32,000 nt of DNA from Candidatus Saccharimonas aalborgensis. Lineage in GTDB: Bacteria > Patescibacteriota > Saccharimonadia > Saccharimonadales > Saccharimonadaceae. This document shows, piece after piece, positions 1 to 8,130 of this stretch. Location: assembly GCF_000392435.1 (NCBI RefSeq), contig NC_021219.1, forward strand, positions 390,001-422,000, read 5' to 3'. Numbering within the stretch: the stretch's first letter is position 1; the number at the start of each line of letters is the position of its first letter. Under the pieces are notes generated by a model. The model had not been told where the DNA came from. It worked only from the letters and a program-made list of their open reading frames with translations, and searched no databases. Position numbers and translations under genes: made by a program.

Positions 1-56
1 TGCATGGGAGCGGGCACTATCGATCACTGGGTGAGAGAGATGCTCGCTAGCTCTCC

Positions 57-860
57 TTAAGTCGCCTGCTCAGTGAACTCCTCAAAAAAGAAATCATCAC
101 CAAAAAACGCTCTTGTCACTATCTGTTCAACAGCCGGCGCTAGTGGAATCTGTGACATGGCAAGTGGTTCGATCCATTGTAAGTTGCTGGTTGCAACAAT
201 GGCGTCAGTTTCGATACGGATAACGTGTAAAAGTATTTTTGATTCTACTATCTGTCTCTTTCCACCGTTAATCTTGATTAATTCACCTTCGACCATGTGA
301 CCTCCGGGAGGTTCATCGCGATGTTCGTCAGTTTCTGCAAGTACCGTCACATAGCAATCACCAACATGTCGCAAAACATGCGGGTCAAATCTAAAAGAAT
401 CATAACAAATACGACGCGCCGCTAACTCAATAGAATAGTCATCCGCTAAGATGTCTCCCGACGGCAACTCCCACCGATTGATACCTGGCTGTATATCACG
501 TTTGCGAACAAGAAGCTTCCCGTAGCCATCTTGTATAATAAACGCCGCCTTGGTGATAGCCCTTGCAGATAATTCAGGATGATTTTGACTTGCTCGGAAA
601 ATATAGCCACATCCTTTTTGAGTCAAATAGTACGTATTTCTGTTTTTTCTTATAAAATCGTTTTCGACGAGAACTTTCAGATGATACGTAAAGAGATTGG
701 TAGCAACTTTTTGAGGTTTCATATCTATAAAGTGAGCTGATTCGTGCGTCGATAAGTACGTAACAATATAGTGTTGAATAGGGTGTTTTGGAGAGACTAA
801 CTTACTCATAGATTGACTCAAAATTATTTCATTACTAATTTTTATCATACGTAAACACAC
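57..860 (-). CDS. winged-helix DNA-binding domain fused to a C-terminal Nudix-fold domain with a degenerate Nudix box; probable ligand-sensing regulator
   Basis: 267-aa ORF. The N-terminus (IVTYLSTHESAHFIDMKPQKVATNLFTYHLKVLVENDFIRKNRNTYYLTQKG) looks like an ArsR/MarR-type wHTH. The C-terminal half has a Nudix-like stretch, PSGDILADDYSIELAARRICYDSFRF, in which the REUXEE glutamates are replaced (RR..YD). Start is uncertain: GTG at 860 or ATG at 848. Confidence 0.6.
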   Translation of the reverse strand: MCLRMIKISNEIILSQSMSKLVSPKHPIQHYIVTYLSTHESAHFIDMKPQKVATNLFTYHLKVLVENDFIRKNRNTYYLTQKGCGYIFRASQNHPELSARAITKAAFIIQDGYGKLLVRKRDIQPGINRWELPSGDILADDYSIELAARRICYDSFRFDPHVLRHVGDCYVTVLAETDEHRDEPPGGHMVEGELIKINGGKRQIVESKILLHVIRIETDAIVATSNLQWIEPLAMSQIPLAPAVEQIVTRAFFGDDFFFEEFTEQAT

Positions 861-904
861 TCATTTTGAAAAGCATTTGATAGAAATATACGGAATAACT
901 GCTC

Positions 905-1483
905 CTAGCGAGCTATTTTTTCGGTACTAAAGTGCCCCGCCGGTACTGGTTCCCATGCGGTCAAAAACTCATCGAAGGCCTTTAGGTGGGTCGTGCGAAT
1001 ATTTGAAAAAACTTGTGAGTCAGAGAGCTGTTCAATCTCGCTACGAGATAGCCAGCGAATGTCTTGTGATTCATCTGCGGCCAACGGAAGTGTTGGCTCC
1101 GAATGTGTCGTAAAAAGATATACCGTATCGGTGTGCCAATGATCTGGAGTATTTGCGTTCATATGTGTATCTAGGAAAAACGGTTGCGGATGAATGGTGA
1201 TGTCATCGATCCCTTCCTGATGTATTCTTAGCGGTGGCTGGAGGACATACAGATCCTTAATATCATAGCCAGCTTCCTCTGCAATCTCATGAATAACTGC
1301 ATCCCATGGTGATTCATCCAGCTCAACATGACCACCGACACAAATGAGTGTGGCAAGTTTTTTGTGCATATGCAGGAGAGCCTTTGGCTCCTTGCCATCG
1401 ACTCGAATGATATGTGCGGCGACTGTCATGTCATGCTGACCAGGATTGGTATGTATATGGGCCATATAGCTATTGTACCTCAC
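905..1483 (-). CDS. Nudix hydrolase
   Basis: Nudix box GGHVELDESPWDAVIHEIAEEAGY fits GX5EX7REUXEEXGU, with HE in place of RE. Alternative ATG start at 1465, 4 nt after the trmB stop. Confidence 0.85.
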   Translation of the reverse strand: MRYNSYMAHIHTNPGQHDMTVAAHIIRVDGKEPKALLHMHKKLATLICVGGHVELDESPWDAVIHEIAEEAGYDIKDLYVLQPPLRIHQEGIDDITIHPQPFFLDTHMNANTPDHWHTDTVYLFTTHSEPTLPLAADESQDIRWLSRSEIEQLSDSQVFSNIRTTHLKAFDEFLTAWEPVPAGHFSTEKIAR

Positions 1484-2138
1484 CGTGTACCAACCTAGCG
1501 GAGAGATAGTGCACCTTTCTTCCCTCTCCCAGCCAGCGCTGCTCGTAGGTTGTCATAGTATAAGCATCGTCGTCGGACAATGAAGCATGAAGATCATTAG
1601 TTTCAGTAACAATACGCCAACCATTGTCAACGAGCTGCTGCTTACTCCATTCGAAAAACTCTTGATTGTCATGCTTAAGATGGAGTAGGCCCGTCGGGAT
1701 GAGAAGCCGTTGGTAGCATTTCAGAAATGTGGCGTGCGTAAGTCGACGCCCCTCACTACGTTTTTTTGGAAATGGATCAGGGAAGGTTATCCATAACTCC
1801 CTCACGCTGTGTGCATTCAGTAGGTCGCCGATTTGATCAGCTCTCGCACGAATGAAACTGACGTTTGGGATGTTATTTTCGAGTGCATAGTACGCGCCTT
1901 TTTGAAGTCGATCACCCTTGACATCAATTGCAATTACTCTTGCCCTAGGATGGCGACGAGCAATTTGCGCACTAAACAGTCCGGTACCTGCACCCACCTC
2001 AATAACATCTGCTGGTGCTTTTTTCCATTCAGCGACCTCATAGCAGTTGCGTGCATTGCAAAATTTTGCAAAGCGATATTTCTTTCGCTTACGGGTTATA
2101 ATGTAGTTCCTCGGATCAACTCTCTCGGTCATATGCAT
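1470..2138 (-). CDS. trmB: tRNA (guanine-N7)-methyltransferase
   Basis: SAM-binding motif VIEVGAGTGLF and the TrmB-typical ELWITFPDPFPKKR motif. 222 aa. ATG at 2138 or 2132. Confidence 0.9.
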   Translation of the reverse strand: MHMTERVDPRNYIITRKRKKYRFAKFCNARNCYEVAEWKKAPADVIEVGAGTGLFSAQIARRHPRARVIAIDVKGDRLQKGAYYALENNIPNVSFIRARADQIGDLLNAHSVRELWITFPDPFPKKRSEGRRLTHATFLKCYQRLLIPTGLLHLKHDNQEFFEWSKQQLVDNGWRIVTETNDLHASLSDDDAYTMTTYEQRWLGEGRKVHYLSARLVHGEVQ

Positions 2139-2140
2139 CC

Positions 2141-2166
2141 ATTATAACTTTTCTCTCTGTTATAAT
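2141..2166. promoter_or_regulatory. back-to-back -10 boxes for the divergent trmB and antiporter genes
   Basis: TATAAT on the + strand at 2161-2166, 8 nt before the GTG at 2175. TATAAT on the - strand (complement of 2141-2146), 8 nt before the ATG at 2132. Neither gene has a Shine-Dalgarno sequence. Confidence 0.45.
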
Positions 2167-2174
2167 AAGCATAA

Positions 2175-3860
2175 GTGGACTCAACCATTTTTACCCAACT
2201 CAGCTACGTGATTGCTATCGTTGTGATAGTATCTGTTATCATGCGCTGGCTGAGACAGCCGTTGATTATGGGATACATCATCACCGGTGTCATAGTCGGG
2301 CCGAGTTTCCTTCATATCGTAAGAAACCAAAATGCTTTTGACTCGTTTAGTTCTATTGGCATTACGCTCCTGCTCTTTATTATTGGGCTCGGTCTCAACA
2401 CTAGTGTCATCAGAAGCGTTGGTCGTGTCTCATTCATCACGAGCATGTCAATCCTGCCAATCCTTGGCCTAACGGTGTATGGTATCTCAAGCTGGCTGGG
2501 CTTTACGCCAGCTAGCAGCGCGGTGCTTGCTGTGGCTCTGTTCTTTAGCAGTACCATCATCGTCCTAAAGATCCTCTCGGATAAAAAAGAGATGTCTCGG
2601 TTGTACGGACAAATTACCCTTGGGATCCTCTTGATTGAAGATGTTGTCGCAACTATTGCAGTGGTATTGCTCACGATGATTGCAAATCCAAGTGAGATGA
2701 CGCTTTCTAGTATTGGTATAATCTTGCTAAAAGCAGTTGGTCTCGGCGTGGGCCTCACCGTTGCTGGTGCTTTTGTCATGCCGCGCCTTAGTAAGTTTTT
2801 TGCAAAGACGCAGGAACTTCTGTTCCTTTTTGCTATTGGCTGGGGCCTTATCGTCGCAACGGCCTTCGATCTTGCGGGCTTTTCGCACGAAGTTGGCGCA
2901 CTCTTTGCGGGTGTATCGATCGCTGGCGTCCCCTATGCAATCGAAATGGCGGCAAAGTTAAAACCACTCCGAGATTTCTTTATCGTGATATTTTTTGTCA
3001 CCCTTGGTGAATCGTTCACCCTCGAGAGTATCATGAAAAACCTCGTCGTCGCCCACTTGCTCGCTCTCGTCGTGGTAGTAGGAAAACCACTTCTTGTGCT
3101 GACTATTCTTGGCATACAACGCTACACAAAACTGACAAGCTTCAAAGCAGCCGTCCACCTTTCACAGGTAAGTGAGTTCTCGATTATTTTTGTTACACTT
3201 GCTGCCACAAAAAATGTTGTTGATAAAGACTTTGTCTCTCTTATCACATTGGTCGCATTTATTACGATCGGCATCTCATCATACCTCACCAAGCATGCAG
3301 ATGGTCTGTACAGATTACTCGAAAGACCCCTGAGACACTTCGAGCGAGCGAGCGTTAGCGAGCCGCGGAAACGTCAAGTACTCTATCCTGTTATTCTTGT
3401 GGGGTACCATAAAGGTGGACATGAATTTCTCAAGACATTTCGCGACATGCGTCAACGATATTTGGTCGTCGACTATGACCCAGAAATAATCGACAGTTTA
3501 GAGGAACAAGGCATCCGGCATGCCTATGGAGATGCGACGGACGAAGAGTTTTTGGATGATATTAATGCCGACCATGCACAACTCATTGTAAGCACCATGA
3601 CCGACCTCATGACGAATCGGGCGTTGTTGCTCTATATCAGGAGACATAACCAAAAGACAAGCTTTATCTGCCACGCGAACAACTACACAGAAGCTGCTGA
3701 GCTCTACGAACATGGAGCAAGCTACGTCAGTCTTCCCCACTACATTGGCTCAGAACGTGTCAGCAGCTTTATTAAACGACATGGACTCGACCACAATGCG
3801 CTTGCCAGCTACCGTGATAAGCACTTGATTACGATTGGCCGTCAAGCTATTGGATCGTAA
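2175..3860 (+). CDS. monovalent cation:proton antiporter (CPA2/Kef-type) with C-terminal RCK/TrkA-N domain
   Basis: 561 aa. About 12 hydrophobic segments with the typical LIMGYIITGVIVGP start, then a Rossmann-like ILVGYHKGGHEF...VVDYDPE cytoplasmic domain. GTG start. Confidence 0.85.
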   Translation: MDSTIFTQLSYVIAIVVIVSVIMRWLRQPLIMGYIITGVIVGPSFLHIVRNQNAFDSFSSIGITLLLFIIGLGLNTSVIRSVGRVSFITSMSILPILGLTVYGISSWLGFTPASSAVLAVALFFSSTIIVLKILSDKKEMSRLYGQITLGILLIEDVVATIAVVLLTMIANPSEMTLSSIGIILLKAVGLGVGLTVAGAFVMPRLSKFFAKTQELLFLFAIGWGLIVATAFDLAGFSHEVGALFAGVSIAGVPYAIEMAAKLKPLRDFFIVIFFVTLGESFTLESIMKNLVVAHLLALVVVVGKPLLVLTILGIQRYTKLTSFKAAVHLSQVSEFSIIFVTLAATKNVVDKDFVSLITLVAFITIGISSYLTKHADGLYRLLERPLRHFERASVSEPRKRQVLYPVILVGYHKGGHEFLKTFRDMRQRYLVVDYDPEIIDSLEEQGIRHAYGDATDEEFLDDINADHAQLIVSTMTDLMTNRALLLYIRRHNQKTSFICHANNYTEAAELYEHGASYVSLPHYIGSERVSSFIKRHGLDHNALASYRDKHLITIGRQAIGS

Positions 3861-3884
3861 TAAACGGTAGGTCTACTAATTCAT

Positions 3885-4274
3885 TTAATTCGTAGTAGTA
3901 GTAACGCTCTGCGGCAACACCAGCAATTGTAATGTGTCCTCACTCAGTACAGTTGGGTCGAAGCTATTTACACCAGTTACTTTTTTTGCTCGTTCTGCGT
4001 AGAGCTGCCTAAACGTATCGTACGCTGCAGCGTCAAACGGACCATTGGCCGGATAGCTGGTACTTACTTCTTCTTTTGTCACCTGCTTTTGGATATCCCT
4101 ATAGCGCGGCTGGCTCAAGTCTAACTGCGCTGCACCGCTGGTGTTATAAAGGTCCATGGCGATGATCACCATGACAAGTGACAGGGCTATAACGCTACAG
4201 ATGAGTCCCAAAAAGCGATACCGCTGAAGAGACGTCATTGCCCTCAATTCGAAGCTTGTCGAGTCGTTTCTCAT
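3885..4274 (-). CDS. hypothetical single-pass membrane protein
   Basis: 129-aa ORF with one TM (FLGLICSVIALSLVMVIIAM). Its start abuts the stop of the upstream gene (TAA-ATG at 4272-4277). Confidence 0.55.
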   Translation of the reverse strand: MRNDSTSFELRAMTSLQRYRFLGLICSVIALSLVMVIIAMDLYNTSGAAQLDLSQPRYRDIQKQVTKEEVSTSYPANGPFDAAAYDTFRQLYAERAKKVTGVNSFDPTVLSEDTLQLLVLPQSVTTTTN

Positions 4275-4802
4275 TTAGCGCTCCCTAGGTGAATTACGTG
4301 TGGCAAATAGCTCAAACTGATCACTATATTGTTTTATGTAAGCATTTAGCTTTTGAATAGAATTCCTTAGCTGTGTCCGCAAGTCTTTTGCCCTAACAAC
4401 CGTATCGTAAAACATAACAGGTTGATCCTGGCAGTTTGTCTGGATCGCGCTGGTGACTGTCTGTTCATACACCTTGTAGGCCTCGACAAACACGGCACGC
4501 TCGGCATTGTAGTCTACAGTGGTCTTAGCGAGATCAAGTCCGTCCAGCTTATTAAGCGCAATCCGACTGTTAAGAGGTGCCATCAACCGCGCCGCAATAA
4601 CATCGTATTGTTGTGCCAAGTTGATGCGCAACAGGGCATCGTTTGAGTGAAGCCTGGTCAGTGTTGACTGTACTTCTTGGCAATTAGCACGAATAGCACT
4701 CACCTGGTCGTCATTTAACAAAAGACCGGTACCCTCAGCTCTCACGCATGGACTAACGACGATCGCACAGACAAGGGCCGAAATGATAAGTTTTTTATAC
4801 AT
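4275..4802 (-). CDS. hypothetical secreted helical protein
   Basis: 175-aa ORF with a signal peptide (MYKKLIISALVCAIVVSPCVRAEG). GATAAT lies 7 nt upstream of the ATG. Confidence 0.6.
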   Translation of the reverse strand: MYKKLIISALVCAIVVSPCVRAEGTGLLLNDDQVSAIRANCQEVQSTLTRLHSNDALLRINLAQQYDVIAARLMAPLNSRIALNKLDGLDLAKTTVDYNAERAVFVEAYKVYEQTVTSAIQTNCQDQPVMFYDTVVRAKDLRTQLRNSIQKLNAYIKQYSDQFELFATRNSPRER

Positions 4803-4826
4803 CTCTTTTATTATCTATGAGCGCAG

Positions 4827-5621
4827 TTATTTGGTCAATTCAATATTACCAGCAGAATCGTATTGGATCAGCCCGTCTTTTAGTAGGCCATCGAGCGCGA
4901 TTTGAAATCGTTTATCGGCATGGAGTATTATGGCAAGGCTCTCTTTTGATTGGCTGTCTTTTGTAAGCTGATGAATTATTTGCCCGCGTACCTGCCGGAC
5001 GCTGCCCGCTAGGGCGTTTTGTTTTTTGTAGTGAATACTCTTGTCAAGCCGCGCCGAGCGTTGCTGTTTTAGTTCGGCGCCATAGTCCATGAGCGCCCAA
5101 AACCACTCACGTGGGTGTTCCCCGTCCATTGTCTGCTCAACCATCGCGGTGAGCTCCGTATCAGATACGTACTGCTGATCGAAAAAGAAGTGATTGAAAT
5201 AGACAGTGCGAATATTTGTCTCAATGTAGGCGGTAGGTATTTGATAAACGTAGTTCATAATTGCCCCAGCAGTACCGGCACCGACACCTGGCAAGGCAAG
5301 CAGTTCTTTCATCGAAGCGGGCTGACCATGATGCATCACTACCCGCGATGCCTCGTGAAGATATTTTGCACGACGATTATAGCCAAGACCTTGCCAGACT
5401 CGCAGTACATCAGCAAGCGGGGCAGACGCGAGATCGGCGATGGTCGGAAACCTATCCATGAACTCATTGTACTTACCGAGTACCCTCGACACCTGGGTCT
5501 GTTGCAACATTAATTCACTTACAAGCACGTGGTAAAATGTGGGCTCATCACGCCAAGGCATATCTCGATATAGCTCACGGCCTTTTGCCCACACTAGCTC
5601 TCGAAATAACCCTACATCCAT
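4827..5621 (-). CDS. MutY/EndoIII-superfamily (HhH-GPD) DNA glycosylase, cysteine-free, with a small non-Nudix C-terminal domain
   Basis: SELMLQQTQV matches the MutY catalytic-Glu motif. The HhH motif LPGVGAGTAGAI and WQGLGYNRRAKYL are present. There are no Cys residues at all, so no 4Fe-4S loop. 264 aa. Confidence 0.75.
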   Translation of the reverse strand: MDVGLFRELVWAKGRELYRDMPWRDEPTFYHVLVSELMLQQTQVSRVLGKYNEFMDRFPTIADLASAPLADVLRVWQGLGYNRRAKYLHEASRVVMHHGQPASMKELLALPGVGAGTAGAIMNYVYQIPTAYIETNIRTVYFNHFFFDQQYVSDTELTAMVEQTMDGEHPREWFWALMDYGAELKQQRSARLDKSIHYKKQNALAGSVRQVRGQIIHQLTKDSQSKESLAIILHADKRFQIALDGLLKDGLIQYDSAGNIELTK

Positions 5622-5882
5622 TTAGCTCTTTTGTTTTGCTACCCAGTGCATAATGATGATTCCAGCTACCCAATACGGTACCAAAAACAAGATCGTGTCG
5701 AGAAGTGAGCGGTTTGGCACCAGCAGCATGTAGGTGAGATACAGATACGCCACATAGGGTACGTACATCAGCCAGCCCTTCCAGTGCACCGGAATATAGC
5801 TGCCGCGCAGCGGGCGGAACCATGCATGTGTTGTGTTTGATGAACGTTTTTTCGATGTTTTTCGTGCTACCATGCTCTGCAT
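5622..5882 (-). CDS. small two-TM membrane protein (hypothetical)
   Basis: 86-aa ORF with a basic N-terminus and two hydrophobic helices. Its stop directly abuts the glycosylase start at 5621. No homology recognised. Confidence 0.4.
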   Translation of the reverse strand: MQSMVARKTSKKRSSNTTHAWFRPLRGSYIPVHWKGWLMYVPYVAYLYLTYMLLVPNRSLLDTILFLVPYWVAGIIIMHWVAKQKS

Positions 5883-5896
5883 TATATAATAGCTGT

Positions 5897-6505
5897 ATGG
5901 AAATTACGAAATACGCCCATGCCTGTTTTGTCGCAATCAAAGATGGTCAATCGGTGGTTGTCGACCCGGGTGAGCTATCTAGCAACTTTACTGTTCCTAA
6001 AAACCCTGTCGCCGTGGTTGTCACGCATATTCATGGTGACCACTGGAGTGCTGATCACCTTACCCAGATGCCAAATGTACCGGTATTTGCTCCTGACGAT
6101 GCGGCCAATCGGCTACGCGAACTCAACCTTAACGTGATAGTTGTTGCGCCAGGGGAAACAAAACAAGTAGGTAATTTCAAACTCACTTTCACTGGCGGCC
6201 AGCATGCGCTCATTCACCCTGACACACCTATGTGTCGCAACGTCGGCGTGCTGATAAATGACGGTGAAGTGTACTACCCTGGTGACTCATTTGCGTCGGC
6301 TGGTATGCCAATAGAAACACTTGCCGTTCCCATAGCAGCACCATGGATGAAAACTGCAGAAGCCATGGATTATCTTACACAAGTTCGACCGAAACGCGCC
6401 TTCCCCACACATGATGCCGTGCTGAGCGAAGCTGGTAAACAATTCGCCGACAACTGGATGAAGCAGGCTGCCGAAAAATCCGGAACAATATATGAACGAA
6501 TTTAG
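5897..6505 (+). CDS. MBL-fold metallo-hydrolase
   Basis: VVVTHIHGDHWS carries the HxHxDH motif. I trimmed the start to the ATG at 5897 (MEITKYAHACF), which lies 6 nt after TATAAT at 5885-5890. Confidence 0.8.
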   Translation: MEITKYAHACFVAIKDGQSVVVDPGELSSNFTVPKNPVAVVVTHIHGDHWSADHLTQMPNVPVFAPDDAANRLRELNLNVIVVAPGETKQVGNFKLTFTGGQHALIHPDTPMCRNVGVLINDGEVYYPGDSFASAGMPIETLAVPIAAPWMKTAEAMDYLTQVRPKRAFPTHDAVLSEAGKQFADNWMKQAAEKSGTIYERI

Positions 6506-7037
6506 TTTTCCTATTATCCTTTCGCAAGACCAGCACGAAATGGGACTTGCCGAAACAAACGATGGGCCGATTCACTTTACGCGGCTCGCCGCTCGCGCTG
6601 TTCTCACGAATGACAAAGGCCAAGTGGCCGTGATGCACTTCACCAAAACCGGATCGTATAAACTACCGGGCGGTGGAATTGATGAAGGCGAAGAGATCAT
6701 CGCTGCACTTGAGCGCGAAGTACTAGAAGAAACCGGTTATACGATAACTGACATTCGGCCGCTCGGCACGGTAGACGAAAACCGGTATTTTTGCGGTATG
6801 CACCAAGTGTCGTATTGCTTTACGGCACGGGTGGTCGACTTTGTGGGCACGCAGCTCACCGAAAAAGAAGCGAGTGAAGGCATGAACCTACGCTGGGCCA
6901 GCTCAATCGACGAGGCCATAGCCTGGATACAGAGTGGTAATACTGTCGACGAAGATGGCAGCGCCAGCGGCCTTGCCATGATGAAAACACGCGATATCGC
7001 AATACTCAATGCCGCCCGTACCCAGCAATCTACTTAG
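6492..7037 (+). CDS. Nudix hydrolase
   Basis: Canonical Nudix box GGGIDEGEEIIAALEREVLEETGY. Overlaps the MBL gene by 14 nt. Confidence 0.85.
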   Translation: MNEFSFPIILSQDQHEMGLAETNDGPIHFTRLAARAVLTNDKGQVAVMHFTKTGSYKLPGGGIDEGEEIIAALEREVLEETGYTITDIRPLGTVDENRYFCGMHQVSYCFTARVVDFVGTQLTEKEASEGMNLRWASSIDEAIAWIQSGNTVDEDGSASGLAMMKTRDIAILNAARTQQST

Positions 7038-7190
7038 AACAATATACTACCTAATGCATGGGTCGTCCCAGCTATTTTCAGTTTTTACTAACCAATACTC
7101 ATTGTCGTAGCGTTGTGAACTTTCAACAAAATATACTTGTAACCTCCGCAAACGTTTCGGTGTCTTCGCCAGATAATAATAGTCAGCAGT

Positions 7191-8108
7191 TTATTCAGGT
7201 GAGGGACAAACTACGGTCTTACGTGACTCAAGATATGTCATAGTAATGGTAGCGATGAGAATGATTATCGTGCCCACAAACTGCTGCGGCGTAAGCCACT
7301 CCCGGTAAAATAAATAGCCGAATATAAGCCCAAAAACCAACTCCATATCGAGGATAATACTTGCAGTCGTCGCCTTGACATGCTCAAATCCGTAATTACT
7401 AAGTAGGCTCATCCCAACACTCAATACCCCTGCCCCCAGAAGCAATACCCATAGCATCGGTGAAATGGAGTTGCTTGGTAGGACACTATGAGTTATCAAA
7501 ACCGCCATAATATAATTACCCATTACGCCATAGGCTGTCGTGGCAAATGCAAGTTCATGGTTATTTAGCTCGCCCGTCTGCAATTTACGGAAAACGAATG
7601 TCAAAGAAAATAATGCTCCAGACGCGAGCGAAAGCAGTTCGCCATACCCAAATGAGAGACTCACTCCTGATCGTGATGCGACCAATAGTGCGCCGACAAA
7701 TGCAAGAAAGATAAGACTGAACTTACGCGTTGTCATCGTTTCGCGTAGTATTAACCACCCGAATAGCGCCGTGGTTGGAATGACTTGCATTACCGCTACT
7801 GATGCAATCGACGCATACTGAGTGGAAAGTGCATACAATCCTGCCGCAACAACAAAACCGAGTAACCCGCGTACTGCCACAAGAATATGCTCGCGTCGAC
7901 TAACTTGAAATAAATATGCAAAGCGAATCTTTCGATGAAAAACAACTACCATCAACACAAGCGCAATACTAAACCGGATATACCACTGTTCAAATAGTCC
8001 AATGCTGTCACTAAAGAAACGTGCCATTACTGCCGTGATACCGTAGATCGCTGTCAATACGATCAATGCCAATATGCCCCTTCTTACCCTATTCGTCTGC
8101 ACGGCCAA
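7191..8108 (-). CDS. EamA/DMT-superfamily transporter
   Basis: 305 aa, about 10 TM segments in two similar halves typical of EamA. TTG start, 22 nt downstream of the aspS stop. Confidence 0.8.
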   Translation of the reverse strand: MAVQTNRVRRGILALIVLTAIYGITAVMARFFSDSIGLFEQWYIRFSIALVLMVVVFHRKIRFAYLFQVSRREHILVAVRGLLGFVVAAGLYALSTQYASIASVAVMQVIPTTALFGWLILRETMTTRKFSLIFLAFVGALLVASRSGVSLSFGYGELLSLASGALFSLTFVFRKLQTGELNNHELAFATTAYGVMGNYIMAVLITHSVLPSNSISPMLWVLLLGAGVLSVGMSLLSNYGFEHVKATTASIILDMELVFGLIFGYLFYREWLTPQQFVGTIIILIATITMTYLESRKTVVCPSPE

Positions 8109-8130
8109 GATTATCTGGTTTTGTCACGAG

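Noticed and set aside
1-60. Possible 3' end of a + strand gene (…CMGAGTIDHWVREMLASSP, stop at 58-60)
   Set aside because: Only 19 codons are visible, so there is no basis to call it coding or to name it.
5822-5896. N-terminal extension of the MBL-fold ORF (MHVLCLMNVFSMFFVLPCSALYNSC)
   Set aside because: It overlaps the opposite-strand small membrane ORF and contains the TATAAT box. The MBL-like sequence starts at ATG 5897.
5575-5940. 121-aa - strand ORF overlapping the 86-aa membrane ORF and the glycosylase start
   Set aside because: It overlaps the 5' end of the well-supported glycosylase gene. The 86-aa ORF, in a different frame, has clean TM helices and abuts that gene exactly.
7058-7243. 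61-aa + strand ORF in the Nudix-EamA gap, plus a weak hairpin TGGG-tcgt-CCCA at 7059-7070
   Set aside because: The ORF overlaps the 3' end of the EamA gene and has no SD. The hairpin has only a 4-bp stem, too weak to call a terminator.
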